Of a stretch of 64,000 nucleotides of DNA, positions 13,248 through 27,205 are shown piece after piece. The translations under genes and the position numbers were made by a program. Source of the DNA: Azolla caroliniana (lineage: Eukaryota; Plantae; Polypodiophyta); NCBI GenBank assembly GCA_043228905.1, contig JBHGNT010000008.1, forward strand, positions 6,696,001-6,760,000, read 5' to 3'. Every line of letters starts with the position of its first letter. Positions within the stretch are counted from its first letter, which is position 1. The notes below the pieces were generated by a model. It searched no databases, had not been told where the DNA came from, and worked only from the letters and a program-made list of their open reading frames with translations.

Positions 13248-14968
13248 ATGGCTTCTCGAATGATGATCTTGAAGAAGAAGCAAGAAATTGGATTAGAAGA
13301 AGAAGGCGAAGCAGAAGAAGAGTTTAAGATCCTGCAAAGGTACTGTGGATTAAGTACTCCTCTGAGCCCATTAATGGAAGGTCCAACCCCATAGAGATTT
13401 GACAATGTGGGGGTTATGAGAAGAGGTCAAGGGAGGTGGGGATGGTTGAGATTGGGGCAATTATCAATTTACATAGATTCAATAGAATCAATTATCAATT
13501 ATAACCATCATCTTGTATGCATGTTTAATGGACTTCCCTCATGCATTTTAAACTGACATTAATTTCGTTTCAACTGGCACCCATTTCATGCTTATTAAGA
13601 TCCTTTTGTAAACTTAGATTAGTTCAATTACTAAGAAATGCCCCATAAATATTGATTTGATGTTACGGATTCCCCTCCCCTTAGGCGACCTCATTGGCAC
13701 AATACATTATCCAACAATACATTTGTGCAACATGCATTTCGAAGCTCGGTAATGTGCCGAATTTGTATGACATGGGAAGAGTGAAGATGTTGGCATTAGA
13801 GTTCGAGGCTGCGGCGACAACAACCATACACATGGCCAAGGCCAAGAGCTTGTTTCGTGGTGTGTGGCCGAATTTGGATGTTTTGTGTTGTGGCAAATGG
13901 CCCCGGACATGTGGAATGAAGAATGGTAATCGGTGGTGGTAAAGTTGTGCCTGGGAGCGATGGATGGCTCATCTGGAGGCTTGGCTCAGATGTTGCCAAC
14001 GGGCCCGTTAGACCCCTCCGACGAGCCTTGCAAGTAAGGAAATCTCTTGAATTAATCGACTCGCCAGGCTTAAATGCGAGAGTGTCATGTTAGAATAGCA
14101 TGGTTTTTGCTATGGGGATTGTGAGTGGATAGATTGCAAGATTCTAAATGTTGAATTTACTAGATTATTTGTGGCTAAATTCATTTGGGAAAACCAAGTG
14201 AGAAATTAAACTGGAAACCTTGGTGGATAATTTGATGTGGGAAGAGTATATGCTTAGATGGATTTTGATTGTTGGCAGGGGTTGGATCCAAGGCTGATAG
14301 CAACCATATGTTCGCGGGCGCGATGCATTGCCGAGAAAAAGATACGGGGAGAGGATTGCTTCATCTTGATTCTATCAATCGATCCCAGAATTCTATCAAG
14401 CCTGAGCGAGGAACCTGCAGAGATAATACGCCACATAATGTCGGGGTATTTCAGCCAAAAGACTGGGCTGCTGATCTAGTTGGAGGACTCCCATAAGACC
14501 AAGATTCGGGCTACATCAGCTGAGGAGGTTGTATTCTGGGAAACCAACATAGACACTAGTGTGGAAGATTACCAAGCTCTGGACGACATCAGTGTAGCAC
14601 ACTCAGGCCGGACAACAACTACCCTATTTTGCTTCGGTGAGGCTGCGATGAGTCATACCAAAACACGAGTTGAGGAGGAGTGGGTCATCGATGAGGTGGC
14701 TTTCGGCATGCCAGGCTTGTCATTCGACCTTTTCATCCCACCTGCTGATATCGTTCGCATTGATCCACATGGTGACATGAGTTCCAATGCAACAAGCAAC
14801 GGTAGACGGGCTCGTGGTGACAGCAGGCTCGATTGTCCATCGATTGTTAGGCGAACACGCGACGCTGGGCCCGTCCCATCCAGTGAGAGTTGTACACGTG
14901 ACATTGAGCTTAGTACATCAAGCCCTATTTACCCAAAGAATAGCTTAAGTAAAGAAATTTGTGTTTGA
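13248..14968 (+). pseudogene. DUF620-family plant protein, pseudogene with introns
   Basis: Family-typical stretches: PLMEGP (~13367), AQYIIQQY...MGRVKM, GPVRPLRRALQ|GTAAG intron |GLDPR, GEDCFIL, EIIRH..SGYFSQKTGLLI, EDSH, FWET, AHSGRT, TRVEEEWVIDEVAFGMPGLSFDLFIPPAD. Frameshifts and a TAG at ~14477 disrupt it. Confidence 0.8.
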
Positions 14969-15602
14969 AGGGTATTCTGGTAAATAGGGCTTGTAGATTT
15001 GAGTGTATAATTATTTTATAAAGTGTATTTTTTTGGACATAGGGGTAGTTTGGTAAATTTGGAACTTCTAGGGGCATTCTGGTAAATAGAAGAACTTCCA
15101 ATGGTATCCTGGTACTTTTCCCTATAATCTATTATGCCCATACTTCGTGGAAAATATGATTGGGAAACAATTTGAGACACAAAACATGCTCATTAATTAT
15201 ATTAACCAGGTAAAGCTTACAATAGTCCCAAATTGGAACAAACCAACATCTTGATGTATTTCTACAATGCTTTTAACAATGAGCTTGTGCGGATGCAGAT
15301 GCTCATCAAGTCTTCAATTGTCAAGGCTGATGTTGCCCCCTTCAGAATTGGGTGTTAAAATCGGGAAGAAGAAGAAGCCTATGAAGGAGGCTGGAGCTAT
15401 CAAGAAGTCTACGAAGGATGCACCTATTGTAGGAGAAGTGTTAAGCATATGGCACGTGGCATCCAAGAAGTTAACAAGAAAGACCGAGCAACTTATCTAT
15501 AAAGAGGGGAATAGAACAATCCACATAGGGGGGAATGCAAGCCAATGGGCAACCTAGTGTGAAATACACTACGACACTCACCCCCTCCGAACCCGCACAT
15601 CC

Positions 15603-16755
15603 TCAGGTATGTGCTGAAGTTGTTGGAGCTTGTTGTTCTCCTTCATCCGTAGTACCCTCAATCTCTTCCCCTATGTCAATTATTAATTCTAGCCCACTTT
15701 CATTGCTTTCTGAACCTTCGTAACTTTTGTTCGATTGCTCCTTTGTATCGATGTTGTCGAAACTAACATAGAGTTCTTCGTCACTTCGCTTCTTGAAAAT
15801 CTTCACTCGTTTCTCCGCTACAGGTACCCATATTACTATCCCGTCCAACTCACATAATTGGTATGTTCCATTGTCGAATACCTTTTGAACTTAGTTTGGT
15901 CCGAACCACCTTTTAGGAAATTTTCTTATCGAACTATGATGATGTTCCAAACTACTATCGTAGACTATCACCCAATCCCCTTCTTCAATCTTTCGTGGTT
16001 GTAGACGGTGCTCTGTGTCGAATCTTCTTTTGTTCCGGAATCGTGCTTCTTGTTGTCAACATATCGCTTCCTTTACGTCTTCCGTTCTTTCCTCTAGCTG
16101 TCGTATCCGGCTAGTAGTTCTTCCTGACTCATCTCTTCCTTCCATGGTAGTACTGTCCATGTTGCAATTGCGGTTTCCGAAGGCATTATCAACGTTTGTC
16201 CAGTCTTAAGTTGTGCTGGCATACACCCGGTCACAGAACTATGCATTGTGCGATCCACCCATAGTGCATATGGAAGTATCTGTGGCCACTTCTTCACTTT
16301 TCAGTCACATGCTTTCGCAAGTGCTTTCACGCTTGGACTATGTCCTCGTTCGATCTTCCCGTTTGCTTCTGGATTGTATGTCATGGTTAGTGTCAACTGA
16401 ACTCCATGTTTAGTGAAGAATTCCTTGGCTTTATCGGAATCAAGTTCTCCCCGATCTGCAATTACTTGTCCTACGCACCCATACCTATAGAACAATTCTT
16501 CCAAGAGAAATTGGCATACTGCAGAACATGTTTTTCTCTGTAACCCCCGACCCTCTACTTGGTTTGTCAGATCCTCCCGAGCTTGCACCAAGTACTTCTT
16601 TTGTCCGATCCCTGTTGGCATGGCCACAATGTTGACCATCCATTTAAAATTCATTGTCGGTGAGAATGTCAGATGTAATTCATCTCAGTGTTGAACTCCA
16701 GAGTAGATTTGGCCTTTCTCGCAGCTTCCCGTAAACTCCGCTACATCTTTGTACA
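15603..16755 (-). pseudogene. Gypsy integrase fragment
   Basis: ORFs 16301-16654, 16094-16297 and 15603-15848 give the integrase core and C-terminus with stops. Confidence 0.8.
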
Positions 16756-16760
16756 TATTC

Positions 16761-19700
16761 TGTTGAACACAGTGCTCGGCCACAACCGAGGAATAGGATC
16801 AACTCACAGAAACAAAATGCACGACGACAATAGAGAGAAGAGTACACAGGATGTTTTACGTGGAAAACCCTAAATGGGAAAAACCACGGGAGTCCTCAAA
16901 CTCCAACTATCACTATGAACAGAGATGTACAATGGTGAAGCTACAAGGCAACAACCTTGAGCTCACTGTCTTCGCCACAGTCGGCGGTAATACACAGAGG
17001 CAACGACCTCTTCGTCTCTCACTCTCTCTCACTCTCGGCTGCTCTCTTCACTCCCTCTAAGTGAAAACAGAAAATATGAGCAACAACATAAAACTGTTTG
17101 CCCTAAGTCATATTTATACACATATGACTTTCGGGCTATTTACAAATATAGCCTCAAGGGCCCTTGGCAAACATATTCACAAATATGTCCCCGCATCCGG
17201 ATCTCTCTCCGGGTTCATTCGTCATCCGGCTCCGTAGCCGGGGTCTTCGTCATCCGGCTCCGTAGCCGGGGTCTTCGTCATCCGGATCCGGAACCGGGTC
17301 TTCATCATCCGGCTCCGGAACCGGGTCTTCATTCCCGATTCCCGGACATCCGACCATGCCATCCGGAGGGACCGTAATCCCAACAAACTCCCCCTTCACT
17401 TCGGCATGGGATGTCTTTCCAGTCCGACCCTCTTCCGGCATGCTTCCAGCTTGTCGGGTGTGAGCACTTTGGTCAGCATATCTGAGCCGTTCTCGTCCGT
17501 GTGGATCTTCGTCAGCACGAACTCCTGGTCTTCTATCCTTTCCCGGATCCAGTGATATCTTCGTTGGATGTGCTTCGTCCGGGAGTGATAGGCCGCGTTC
17601 TTCGCGAGGTGGATGGCACTCTGACTATCGCTGTAGAGCCGGTACTCCTCCTGCCGGATACCGAGCTCTCTAATGAAGTCCTTCATCCATATTATTTCCT
17701 TGCCGGCTTCAACAGCCGCCATGTACTCCGCCTCCGTGGTTGACAACGCAACCGTCTTCTGCAACCTCGACTGCCACGAAACGGCTCCCCCTGCATATGT
17801 CATTACATACCTAGATGTAGACCGGCTGGTATCCGCATCAGCCGACATGTCCGAATCGATAAATCCATCGAGTTCGGGCTTACCGGAGCCAAATCGGAGG
17901 CACATGTTCGAAGTGCCCTTTAAGTATCGGAGTATCCATTTGACCGCGTTCCAGTGCTCCTTGCCGGGATTACTCATATACCGGCTCACCACTCCGACTG
18001 CGTATCCAATGTCCGGTCGGGTACACACCATTGCGTACATCAAGCTCCCGACGGCAGAGGCATATGGTATCTTCATCATATCCTCCTTTTCAACTTTTGT
18101 CTTGGGACTTTGCTTGCCGGATAACTTGCAGTTTGCCGGGAGGGTCGATCCGACCGGTCTTGCTTCCGACATGTTGAACCGTTGAAGCACCTTTGTCACG
18201 TACTTCTCCTGTGACAGCCACAACTGCTTCTTCTTCCGGTCCCGGATGATGTGCATCCCTAGTATTTGCCTCGCCGGACCCAGGACCTTCATTGAGAAGG
18301 TTCGGTGAAGCGCTTTCTTCAGCATCCGTATCTTGACCTGGTCCCGTCCGACGATCAACATGTCGTCCACGTACAGGAGGAGTATTAGGAAGTCTCCTCC
18401 TTCGAACTTCTTCACAAACACGCAGTGGTCGGACTGCGTTTTGTGGTACCCTTCGTCGGTCATGAAAGAGTCGAACTTCCGGTACCATTGCCGGAGAGCC
18501 TGCTTCAGTCCGTAAAGGCTCTTCTTCAACCGGCATACCAGGTGCTCCTTCCCTTTCTTCTCGAATCCTTCCGGTTGCTGCATGTAGATCTCTTCTTCGA
18601 GGTCACCGTGAAGGAATGCCGTCTTCACGTCCATCTGTTCTACCTCGAGGTCCATGCTTGCCGCTATGCTCAGCACCGTCCGAATGGAGGTCATCTTCAC
18701 TACCGGGGCAAATATCTCGTCGAAGTCGACGCCCTTCTTCTGCTGGAACCCCTTCACCACGATCCTGGCTTTGTATCTCGGGGGGTTTCCGGCATCTCCC
18801 GGTTTCAGCTTGAACACCCACTTGTTTCGAAGTGCCCGCTTTCCTTTCGGCAACTCCACAAGTTCATATGTGTGGTTCTCATGCAGGGAATCCATCTCCT
18901 CCTGCATGGCACTTAACCACCTGCGGCTATGGGTGTCAAGCTTTGCTTCTTCAAAACTCTCCGGCTCCCCCTCGTCGGTTAGCAGCACGTGCTCTGGTTC
19001 CGGAAATCTCCGGGGGGCCCTTCTCTCTCTTAGAGGATATCTCCGTTCCGGAGCTTCGGTAACCGGCTCCTCCGTTTCCTCTTCATCCGAATCCATTTCG
19101 GGATCGGGGCCGGTTCCGGTATCAGTTTCATCTTCCTCGGCCGGTTCTGTTTCTTCACCGTCTTCGGCCGGTCCCTTGCCGGTCGGGACTGCTCTTCGTA
19201 GAGTTGATTCTCACCGGTCGACTTGGAGCTCTTCATCTTCTTCTCCGACTCCCAGTCGGCGAGTGTCTTGTCCTCCATGAAGATGATATCTCGACTCCTG
19301 AATATCTTCTTGTCGACCGGGTCCCATACTCGGTAGCCGAACTCGTCGTCGCCGTAACCGAGGAATATGCATGGCCGGGTCTTTGGATCTAACTTTCCTC
19401 TCCGGTCCTTTGCCACATGCACGTATGCGAGACACCCGAACACCTTCAGATGCCGGTAGGACACTTCCTTACCGGTCCACACTTTCCTCTCCGGTCCTTT
19501 GCCACATGCATGTATGCGAGACACCCGAACACCTTCAGATGCCGGTAGGACACTTCCTTACCGTCCAAAGGTACTGAGGGTGATCTGTTTATCACGTATG
19601 TCGCCGTCGACATTGCCTCAGCCCAAAACCCCTTGGGTAATTTCGCATGCGCCAGCATACTCCGGACCCTCTCCATTATGGTCCGGTTCATCCTCTCGGC

Positions 19701-22168
19701 CAGCCCGTTCAGTTCCGGCGTCTTCGGCACAGTAAACTCGAGCCGGATTCCCTTCGAGCGACAGTACTCCGCGAACTACCCCCGGTATTCCCCTCCGTTA
19801 TCCGCTCGTATCGCTTTCAGCTTCTTGCCGGATTCCCTTTCCACTCTCGCGTGGAGTTCTTTGAAGACGGACAATACTTGGTCCTTTGTCTTCAACGGTG
19901 CCGTCCACAACTTCCGGCTATGGTCATCTATGAATGTTACGAAGTACTGGGCTCCGCCATGTGACTTCGTTTCTACCTGACACACATCAGTGTGTACCAA
20001 CTCCAATGGTACACAACGTCTCATCGGTGGTCTTGAGCGGAAGGAGGTCCGGTTTTGCTTACCGGCCAGACAGTCGGTACACTTCTCCAGGTGCACATGC
20101 TTCACTGGAATAAGGTTGTCTTCTGCAAGCCTCTTCATCCCCTTCTCACTCATGTGGCACAGTCTCTTGTGCCACAGCTCACCGGCAGTGTCGGCTGCCA
20201 CGTTCAACTCCTCTGGACACAACCAGGCATTCATAAGGTACAGTGTGTTGACTTTCCGGGCCCGAGCCACTATCAGGCTCCCCTTGCTGAACTTCATTAC
20301 GCAGTTCCGGATGCTACCTGTGTAGCCTTCATCGTCTAGCCTCCCGGCCGAAATCAGGTTCAATCGAACCTCCGGAACGTGTCGAACATCCTTCAGCAGC
20401 ATCTTGCATCCGGTTGATGTCATCAGCCACACGTCTCCTATGCCGGCAATCCGGCATGTTCCTTCATTTCCCATCCGGACACAGCCGTGCTCACCGGCTG
20501 TGTAGGATGAGAAGTATTTCTTCTCCGGGGTCAGGTGGAACGACGCTCCGGAATCGACCACCCAGGTCATCTCTTCACCGGCAAGGTTCAGCTCCCTCTC
20601 TTCGGTAATGAGCATTGTCTCTTCTTCACTTGCCGCGAGTGTCGTCGTTCCTTTCCGGTCCTACCCTCGCCGATCCGGACCTCTCCGGTCCGTGGCTCCC
20701 CGGTATGCACCGTTTTGCTCCGGTGACTTCTTCGAATCGGTACCGTCGGTTCCGTTGTCTTTCCGGAAATGCCGACAGTTCTTCTAGAAGTGCCCCGGCT
20801 TCCCACAGTAGAAGCATGTAGGTCTTCCCCTCGACTGCGACCGTGTCCCCGACTTCTCCCGTCTTTGCGGACTCCGGTTCTGTTGTCTTCCCCGTTCCAA
20901 TTCGGTAAGCAGCGCCTTCGAGTCGGAGGCCGGTTCTTTATCTCTCCGACGCGCTTCTTCATTTAGAATACTTGTCTTTACCGTTAGTAAAGACAAGTTC
21001 TCTTCCTTACAGGAGGTGCTGAGAGTAACTACCAAGTTCTCCCAGCTCTCCGGAAGGGTACACATCAGCATGATGGCTTGCATTGCGTCATCCAACGGGA
21101 ACTTGATCGCCGCAAGCTGGTTCACGAATCCCATGAACGTGCTGACGTGTTCGACCATGCTCTCGCCGTCCCGGTACTTAAGATTCACTATCTTCCTCAT
21201 CAGGGAGGTCCGGGTCAGAGCATTCTTCCTCTCATACAGTCCGGACAGCTTCTGCCACATCTCATAGGCGTTCGTATCGTTCGCCACATGTTGCAGGACA
21301 CTTACATCGACATATTGCCGGATCGTCGCTACGGCTTTCCGGTTCAGGAGCTTCCACTCCGACTCTATTACCCCCTTGGGTATCTCGGCATTGTCGATCG
21401 GTTCGTACAGGTCTCGGACGATGAGAAGGTCTTCCATCTTTATCTTCCAGTCGGCGTAGTTCTGTGAGTTCAACACCATCATGCCCGGAGGCCCACTACC
21501 GCTGCCTTCCATTTTCTGTGTTACCGTTGCTCTGATACCACTTTGTTGAACACAGTGCTCGGCCACAACCGAGGAATAGGATCAACTCACAGAAACAAAA
21601 TGCACGACGACAATAGAGAGAAGAGTACACAGGATGTTTTACGTGGAAAACCCTAAATGGGAAAAACCACGGGAGTCCTCAAACTCCAACTATCACTATG
21701 AACAGAGATGTACAATGGTGAAGCTACAAGGCAACAACCTTGAGCTCACTGTCTTCGCCACAATCGGCGGTAATACACAGAGGCAACGACCTCTTCGTCT
21801 CTCACTCTCTCTCACTCTCGGCTGCTCTCTTCACTCCCTCTAAGTGAAAACAGAAAATATGAGCAACAACATAAAACTGTTTGCCCTAAGTCATATTTAT
21901 ACACATATGACTTTCGGGCTATTTACAAATATAGCCTCAAGGGCCCTTGGCAAACATATTCACAAATATGTCCCCGCATCCGGATCTCTCTCCGGGTTCA
22001 TTCGTCATCCGGCTCCGTAGCCGGGGTCTTCGTCATCCGGCTCCGTAGCCGGGGTCTTCGTCATCCGGATCCGGAACCGGGTCTTCATCAACAGGCTCCG
22101 GAACCGGGTCTTCATTCCCGATTCCCGGACATCCGACCATCCCATCCGGAGGGACCGTAATCCCAACA
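16761..22168 (-). mobile_element. Ty1/Copia LTR retrotransposon, full length, young but mutated
   Basis: 625-bp LTRs at 16761-17385 and 21544-22168 (about 4 differences seen), 5-bp TSD TATTC on both sides, iMet PBS at 21529-21540, PPT at ~17388-17397. Confidence 0.96.
17396..21512 (-). pseudogene. Copia gag-pol (gag, zinc knuckle, protease DSGA, integrase, RT YVDD, RNase H)
   Basis: ORFs 20784-21566, 19776-20615, 19446-19730, 19030-19524 and 17396-19096. Broken by stops, frameshifts and a ~80-bp internal duplication at ~19400-19560. Confidence 0.9.
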
Positions 22169-22173
22169 TATTC

Positions 22174-23228
22174 TTCCACCAATATTTTTTCTTGATCTTC
22201 ACAAATGTCCAGCCCATGTTCCCCGATGTCCAGCCCAATCAGATTCATGAAATTCGGATATTATTTGTTTCTGTTGTTCCTTTTTGTTGACTACCCATAG
22301 TGGTATGTCATCCGGTCTTTTCGACTCCCTCCAGATTAATCCATTGTTTAAGAAGAACTTGCTGAATTGCCGTTTCTTCCGTCGAATCTCGGCTCTATTG
22401 TCTTTATGGTCTAATGATTCCTTGATTTCTTCTAGCACCTTCCTGATCAGTAAGCTTTCTCCTTCGTACTCTTCTTCCCGGAACTCCTGAATTATGTTCA
22501 CTTGGGATATATGCCTCGAAGTAAAGTAATTTTCGGAAACTTCTTCATTATCCATTTCAGCTACTTCGTCTCCGAACTGTGCTCTTGATAAGATATCTGC
22601 TACTGTGTTGTCTTTTCTAGAGATGTGTCTGATAACTGGATTAAGTGACTTTACATATGCAATCCATCTTAGCATAGCCACATCCGGTACCGTGCAACAT
22701 CGCATCATCCCTAATATCGGAAGACAATTCGTTTCGATCACTAATTTGGCTCCAATCAAATAATCCTGATTCGATTTTATCGCCGACATGACTCCCAATA
22801 ATTCATATCCGCGTTGCCTTTTGTTGAGAATATTTGCTCCGAATCGGATCGGATATCGCGAACCATCCGAGTCGACTTGGTTGATGACCCATCCGATCCC
22901 AGTTGGACTAGTATCAACCGTTACTATGATCGGCCCGGTCATAGTTCGGATTCTTAAGTGCTTCAGCCCTCTGTAGTAATTTATTGAGCTTCTTCATGGC
23001 TTTGGTATGTTCCGGCCTCAATTTGAACTTCTTACCCTTCCGTATCAAGTGATAGAGTGGGTCCGCAATATGTGCATAGTGCGGAATCCATATGTGGTAA
23101 AATGTATATGCACCAAGAAATCTACAGACTTCGGATTGTGACTCACATATCTCTTTCATAGCTTGAATCGCATCGATCTTGATTGACGACGGTCTTCGGC
23201 CGTAGGGCCCACATAGATGTCCGACTAC
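22174..23228 (-). pseudogene. Gypsy RT C-terminus / RNase H / integrase zinc-finger fragment
   Basis: VVGHLCGPYG...FLGA..FYHIWIPHYAHIA, VTVDTSPTGIGWVI, HESDWAGHRG. Confidence 0.85.
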
Positions 23229-23232
23229 CAAT

Positions 23233-23268
23233 AACACGTTCGCGTTCACAAGTGGAAGGATCGCGCAT
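23233..23268 (+). repeat. Left TIR
   Basis: Reverse complement of 32355-32390 with one mismatch. Confidence 0.95.
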
Positions 23269-23590
23269 AAATGGAAGGATAAAGGAAATTTTAGGGGTTT
23301 TTCAATGATTTTACAAAACACATTGATATCAGTATCATACATGTTCAAACATACTATGAAAAAGGTTAAAAATCCACTATTTTCGTGATTTAGAAGTAAC
23401 TAAAAAAAGACGAATTTCAAAAACATACATTCTCAATTTATATCGCAAACTTTACAACCAATGTTATTTTATAAGAAACGATTTTTTAGAAATCATAAGA
23501 ATTCAAAACACATGATTTTATATTACTCGATTTGTTACAAGCGGAATGTAGTTACACTTAATACCCAAATATACATTCATGATCACTCCT

Positions 23591-26371
23591 TTACGGAGAA
23601 TCACTACTATAACTAATATACAATGACGATTCCTCCTCATCATCCTCGGATGTACCAATCAGTGCATTATCTTCGTCATAAACCAAATGGTTTGACTCTA
23701 GATTATATGTAGTAGATCTCGTTTGCCTTTGACTCGAGCCACCTTGTAGACCTGGTAATTTTTCTTTTATTATATCTATTGTTGACTTCCTTAATCGTTC
23801 GGCTTTTGTAAGTGTGAAGTCGTACACGATGATATCCACATCAGAGATATCAAGGGTCGAGGTGTTACGAATGTTTCGCTTCCTCTTCCTACCTCCCCTT
23901 CTTGTTTGGCATTCAATCATCTCCAATGTATACTTACCTGTAAAAGCATTTGCACTTCTAGTGTTGTACCAATGAACATTTATAGACTTGATCGTGTTTT
24001 CTATTTCATGCATTAGCACTTCTAGAATTTTACCAACCCAAAATTGGTGGCCATGTGAGTTCTCATCAGCCGGCGTTGCAATCAACATCCCCGCGGTGAG
24101 CTCTTGCAAATTTCCTTGCCATCTAGCTTCGGCTGCTTTCGTCATCCTTGGTCCCACATAAATGTCTCTTTATTGTGGATGGACCAAGCTGTCATTAATC
24201 GCATTTACTAGTTGCTCCGGACTTCTATTTACGCGATCATGTTGCAACGACCATGTGAATGGCGTTTCCAAATTCCAATTATCAACAGATACACAATTGT
24301 CTATAATTTCTTTCTGATCACTATAAAATACATCCCACCATGACGTGTCTTGTTGTGCGGCATATTTCTTGGCGGCCTCAATATGCTTTCTTTTTTCTTC
24401 TAAGGCTTGGAGCCATGACCGTTTTTGTTCTGATACCAAGTCGCTCTGCAACTGTCCTTTCTTCTCAATTGGCATTTGCTTAGCTCCATGGACAATTGTA
24501 CTCGGCATACAAAGTAATAACTGGCAACCACCTTTAGGTTCCCATGTTGTAGAAGATGAATATTGTTTAGCATACAAAAGTGTAGAACCACTTATTCCAT
24601 TTTTCTTTATCAAAAAAATGTGATTGAAACTTATATTGTTTAACTGAGCAAGCACTTTAACATTCCCACCACCCCCATCTAATATATATCTCTTAAAGTC
24701 ATATACCTCCTTCAAGTGTAACACTTTTGGGCGTGGTGTATAAGCATCACAAATGACATCAAATAGTTTAGGTAAAGTGAAAGCATCATGCCGAGACAAC
24801 TGTCTGGAGAATGTGCTAAACATCTGATCTATATGGTCATGTGTGTGGCCAACCAAAAGGAAATTGACTTTCACTTTCCTAAACAATTCTAGGTTGACCA
24901 ACATACTTAGATAGCCAAATACAGTTGAATTTTTGTTCTCTCTAGCAGTATTGTCCAATTGAATGTATAGAACAGGGGGGAAAGGTTGTCCCCAAGACAT
25001 CAAAACTCGGTGAATCACTGTAACTGTTAGGTTAGGGTCATTGTGAACATTGGGGTAAGTAATGAAGACGTGAGGTCGAACAGACCTATTATAAGCCAAG
25101 CATCCCACCAAGTGCATTTGAACAAGGCACTCATCATTGACATCTTTGGGGAGCCTCCGCATATGCGGCAAGCATGTCTTCTTCTGGTCCATGCCATCTA
25201 TCATTAAGCACATGTATTGTTCGGGCCTCTTCAAACACTTCTCTCTATGATGCATCGCCTTCCTTCGTTCTAAGGATTGTGCCTCACGATGCTCTTGTAG
25301 TAACTTCTTACTCGTATCCTTTTCCATTGATGTCTTTGCACCTTTAGCCAAACTTTTAAGATTTGCACAAATGGAGCAATACCCCATACGTACTTTACGA
25401 GGAATAATAACATTTGAAAACCGAGCTCTCCATAATCTTGTAAATTGGCTATAGGTGATAGACTTATTACGTGAGCCCAACATATCAGATCGATAGACAT
25501 CATAAACTTCCTGACGTGTATAATTATCAGAAAGATGCATCCTACCTGTAGTGGGCATTACTTCACAATTTAACTGAAAGTAAGTTTTCATCCAGCCAAT
25601 AGCTAGTCTTCCAATTGCACCTTTCATACTTGGAACCTCTTTACAATTGAGCATCTGATCCCCGCTAAGTAGACGTTGTTGTACTCTATGTAGCCGCATA
25701 TTACTAACACATAACACAATTTTGAATGCAACTCTACATATCTATTGCGCATGGAAGATATAATACTCGAATGATACTTTGATCCCCGTACATTTGTCAG
25801 ATACTAGTTGCATATGTGACCCGAGGTAAGTGTCTTGCTCATCACCGGTCATCGAAAAATAGTATCGCCTTAATTCTCGCAACTTTGATTTTCCAATCAT
25901 AGACATACAACCACGGGCACAACATATTTTGTTGACATCAAATCCAATCTGTTTATCTGATGTCACCAAGCTAAATCTAGCCAGACGAATTCTTCGTGGG
26001 ATTCTTCTAATATGCATAGGGCTCCCAGATTTCTCTTCCTGCATAGAGGTTGGTGTAACCTTGTTACAGTCTAATTCTCTGTTGTGACCATCGCCAATGT
26101 TATTCAATGTTTCCTGGGCACTTCCTTCATTCTCGGTATCTTTATTAATATCGTATTCTTCAATAGAGAACTCTTCACATGTGTCATTATTTACATTCCC
26201 TGTAGATGAGCTCAGACAATATTCTTCGATAGAATATGGTGAGTCGGTCGACAGACAATATTCTTCAATCGAATATGGTGACTCTGTTGACAAACAATAC
26301 TCTTCAGTACAAAACGATGGGTCTGATGATAAACAATATTCTTCAATCGAGAACGGTGAATCTTCACTCAT
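23591..26371 (-). pseudogene. DDD transposase (Sola-like), ~926 codons, two in-frame stops
   Basis: ORFs 25742-26371, 24170-25717 and 23591-24157 are one reading frame broken only by TAG (25742-44) and TAA (24170-72). Motifs: CCARGC, ICRVAFK, CSIC...H, IDGMDQ, LYIQLDNTARENKN, FLLVGHTHDHIDQMFS. Confidence 0.85.
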
Positions 26372-27054
26372 GGCTTAAGGTCTAGATAGGGCTCTCTAAG
26401 TTATGTGCTTAGGGTAAGGAAAAAAACTAATAAGCTCCTCTCTAAACATAAACTTCTCTCTAAACAAAAGCCAAATCAATAGAATGTCTATATTATGTAA
26501 TATTCTATTAATACAATACATCAAAAAATTATTTTTAATAAAGTAATTGTACTTAAAATATCAATTATTATATAAACTAGATCTATATGAAGTTAAATCA
26601 AGTAAAATATAAAACTAATCATTAACAAGCCATGAATATGTTGGATTAATGTTAAAATCATTGGCTAATTAATGGCACCCATTTTGATATAGAACGTCTC
26701 ACTCATTGGTTCTTTAATGCTCACCATTTTAAATATTAGACTTATCAATCATTGGTTAATTCATGCCAACATCTTTAATACATAGCATTTGAGAGTCATA
26801 AAATTTGTTGCTTTTAGTAATCAATCATTGGTACATTCATGAACCTCTATCATTGTCTCCGTCATAACCTTTGAAGTCATTGTAGGTTGTTATGACTATA
26901 AAAGATTGATCAATATGTTAGTTTGACTTTGTAATCATTAATACAATCATAAGTTACTCTAGTTAATGTGACTATGGTTACCAACTAACTATCCTCAAAG
27001 TTACCAACCTTGGTTAAGGTGACTATGGTTACTTTAACCAATGTGTTCAATCCC

Positions 27055-27063
27055 TATAAATAG
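27055..27063 (+). promoter_or_regulatory. Putative TATA box of the ParB-MTase gene
   Basis: CTATAAATA lies ~150 bp upstream of ACCATGTC (ATG 27206) and is followed by a 9-bp-repeat 5' UTR-like tract (27088-27165). Confidence 0.5.
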
Positions 27064-27205
27064 TAAGACCTCGTCATATTTCACTCACCAGAGCGTACAG
27101 AGCGTACAGAGCACACAAAACGTAGAGAGCACACAAAGCACACAAAGCACACAAAGCACAAAGCACGAAAGCGCGATCTCCGCCTCCACTTCCACACGAT
27201 CAACC

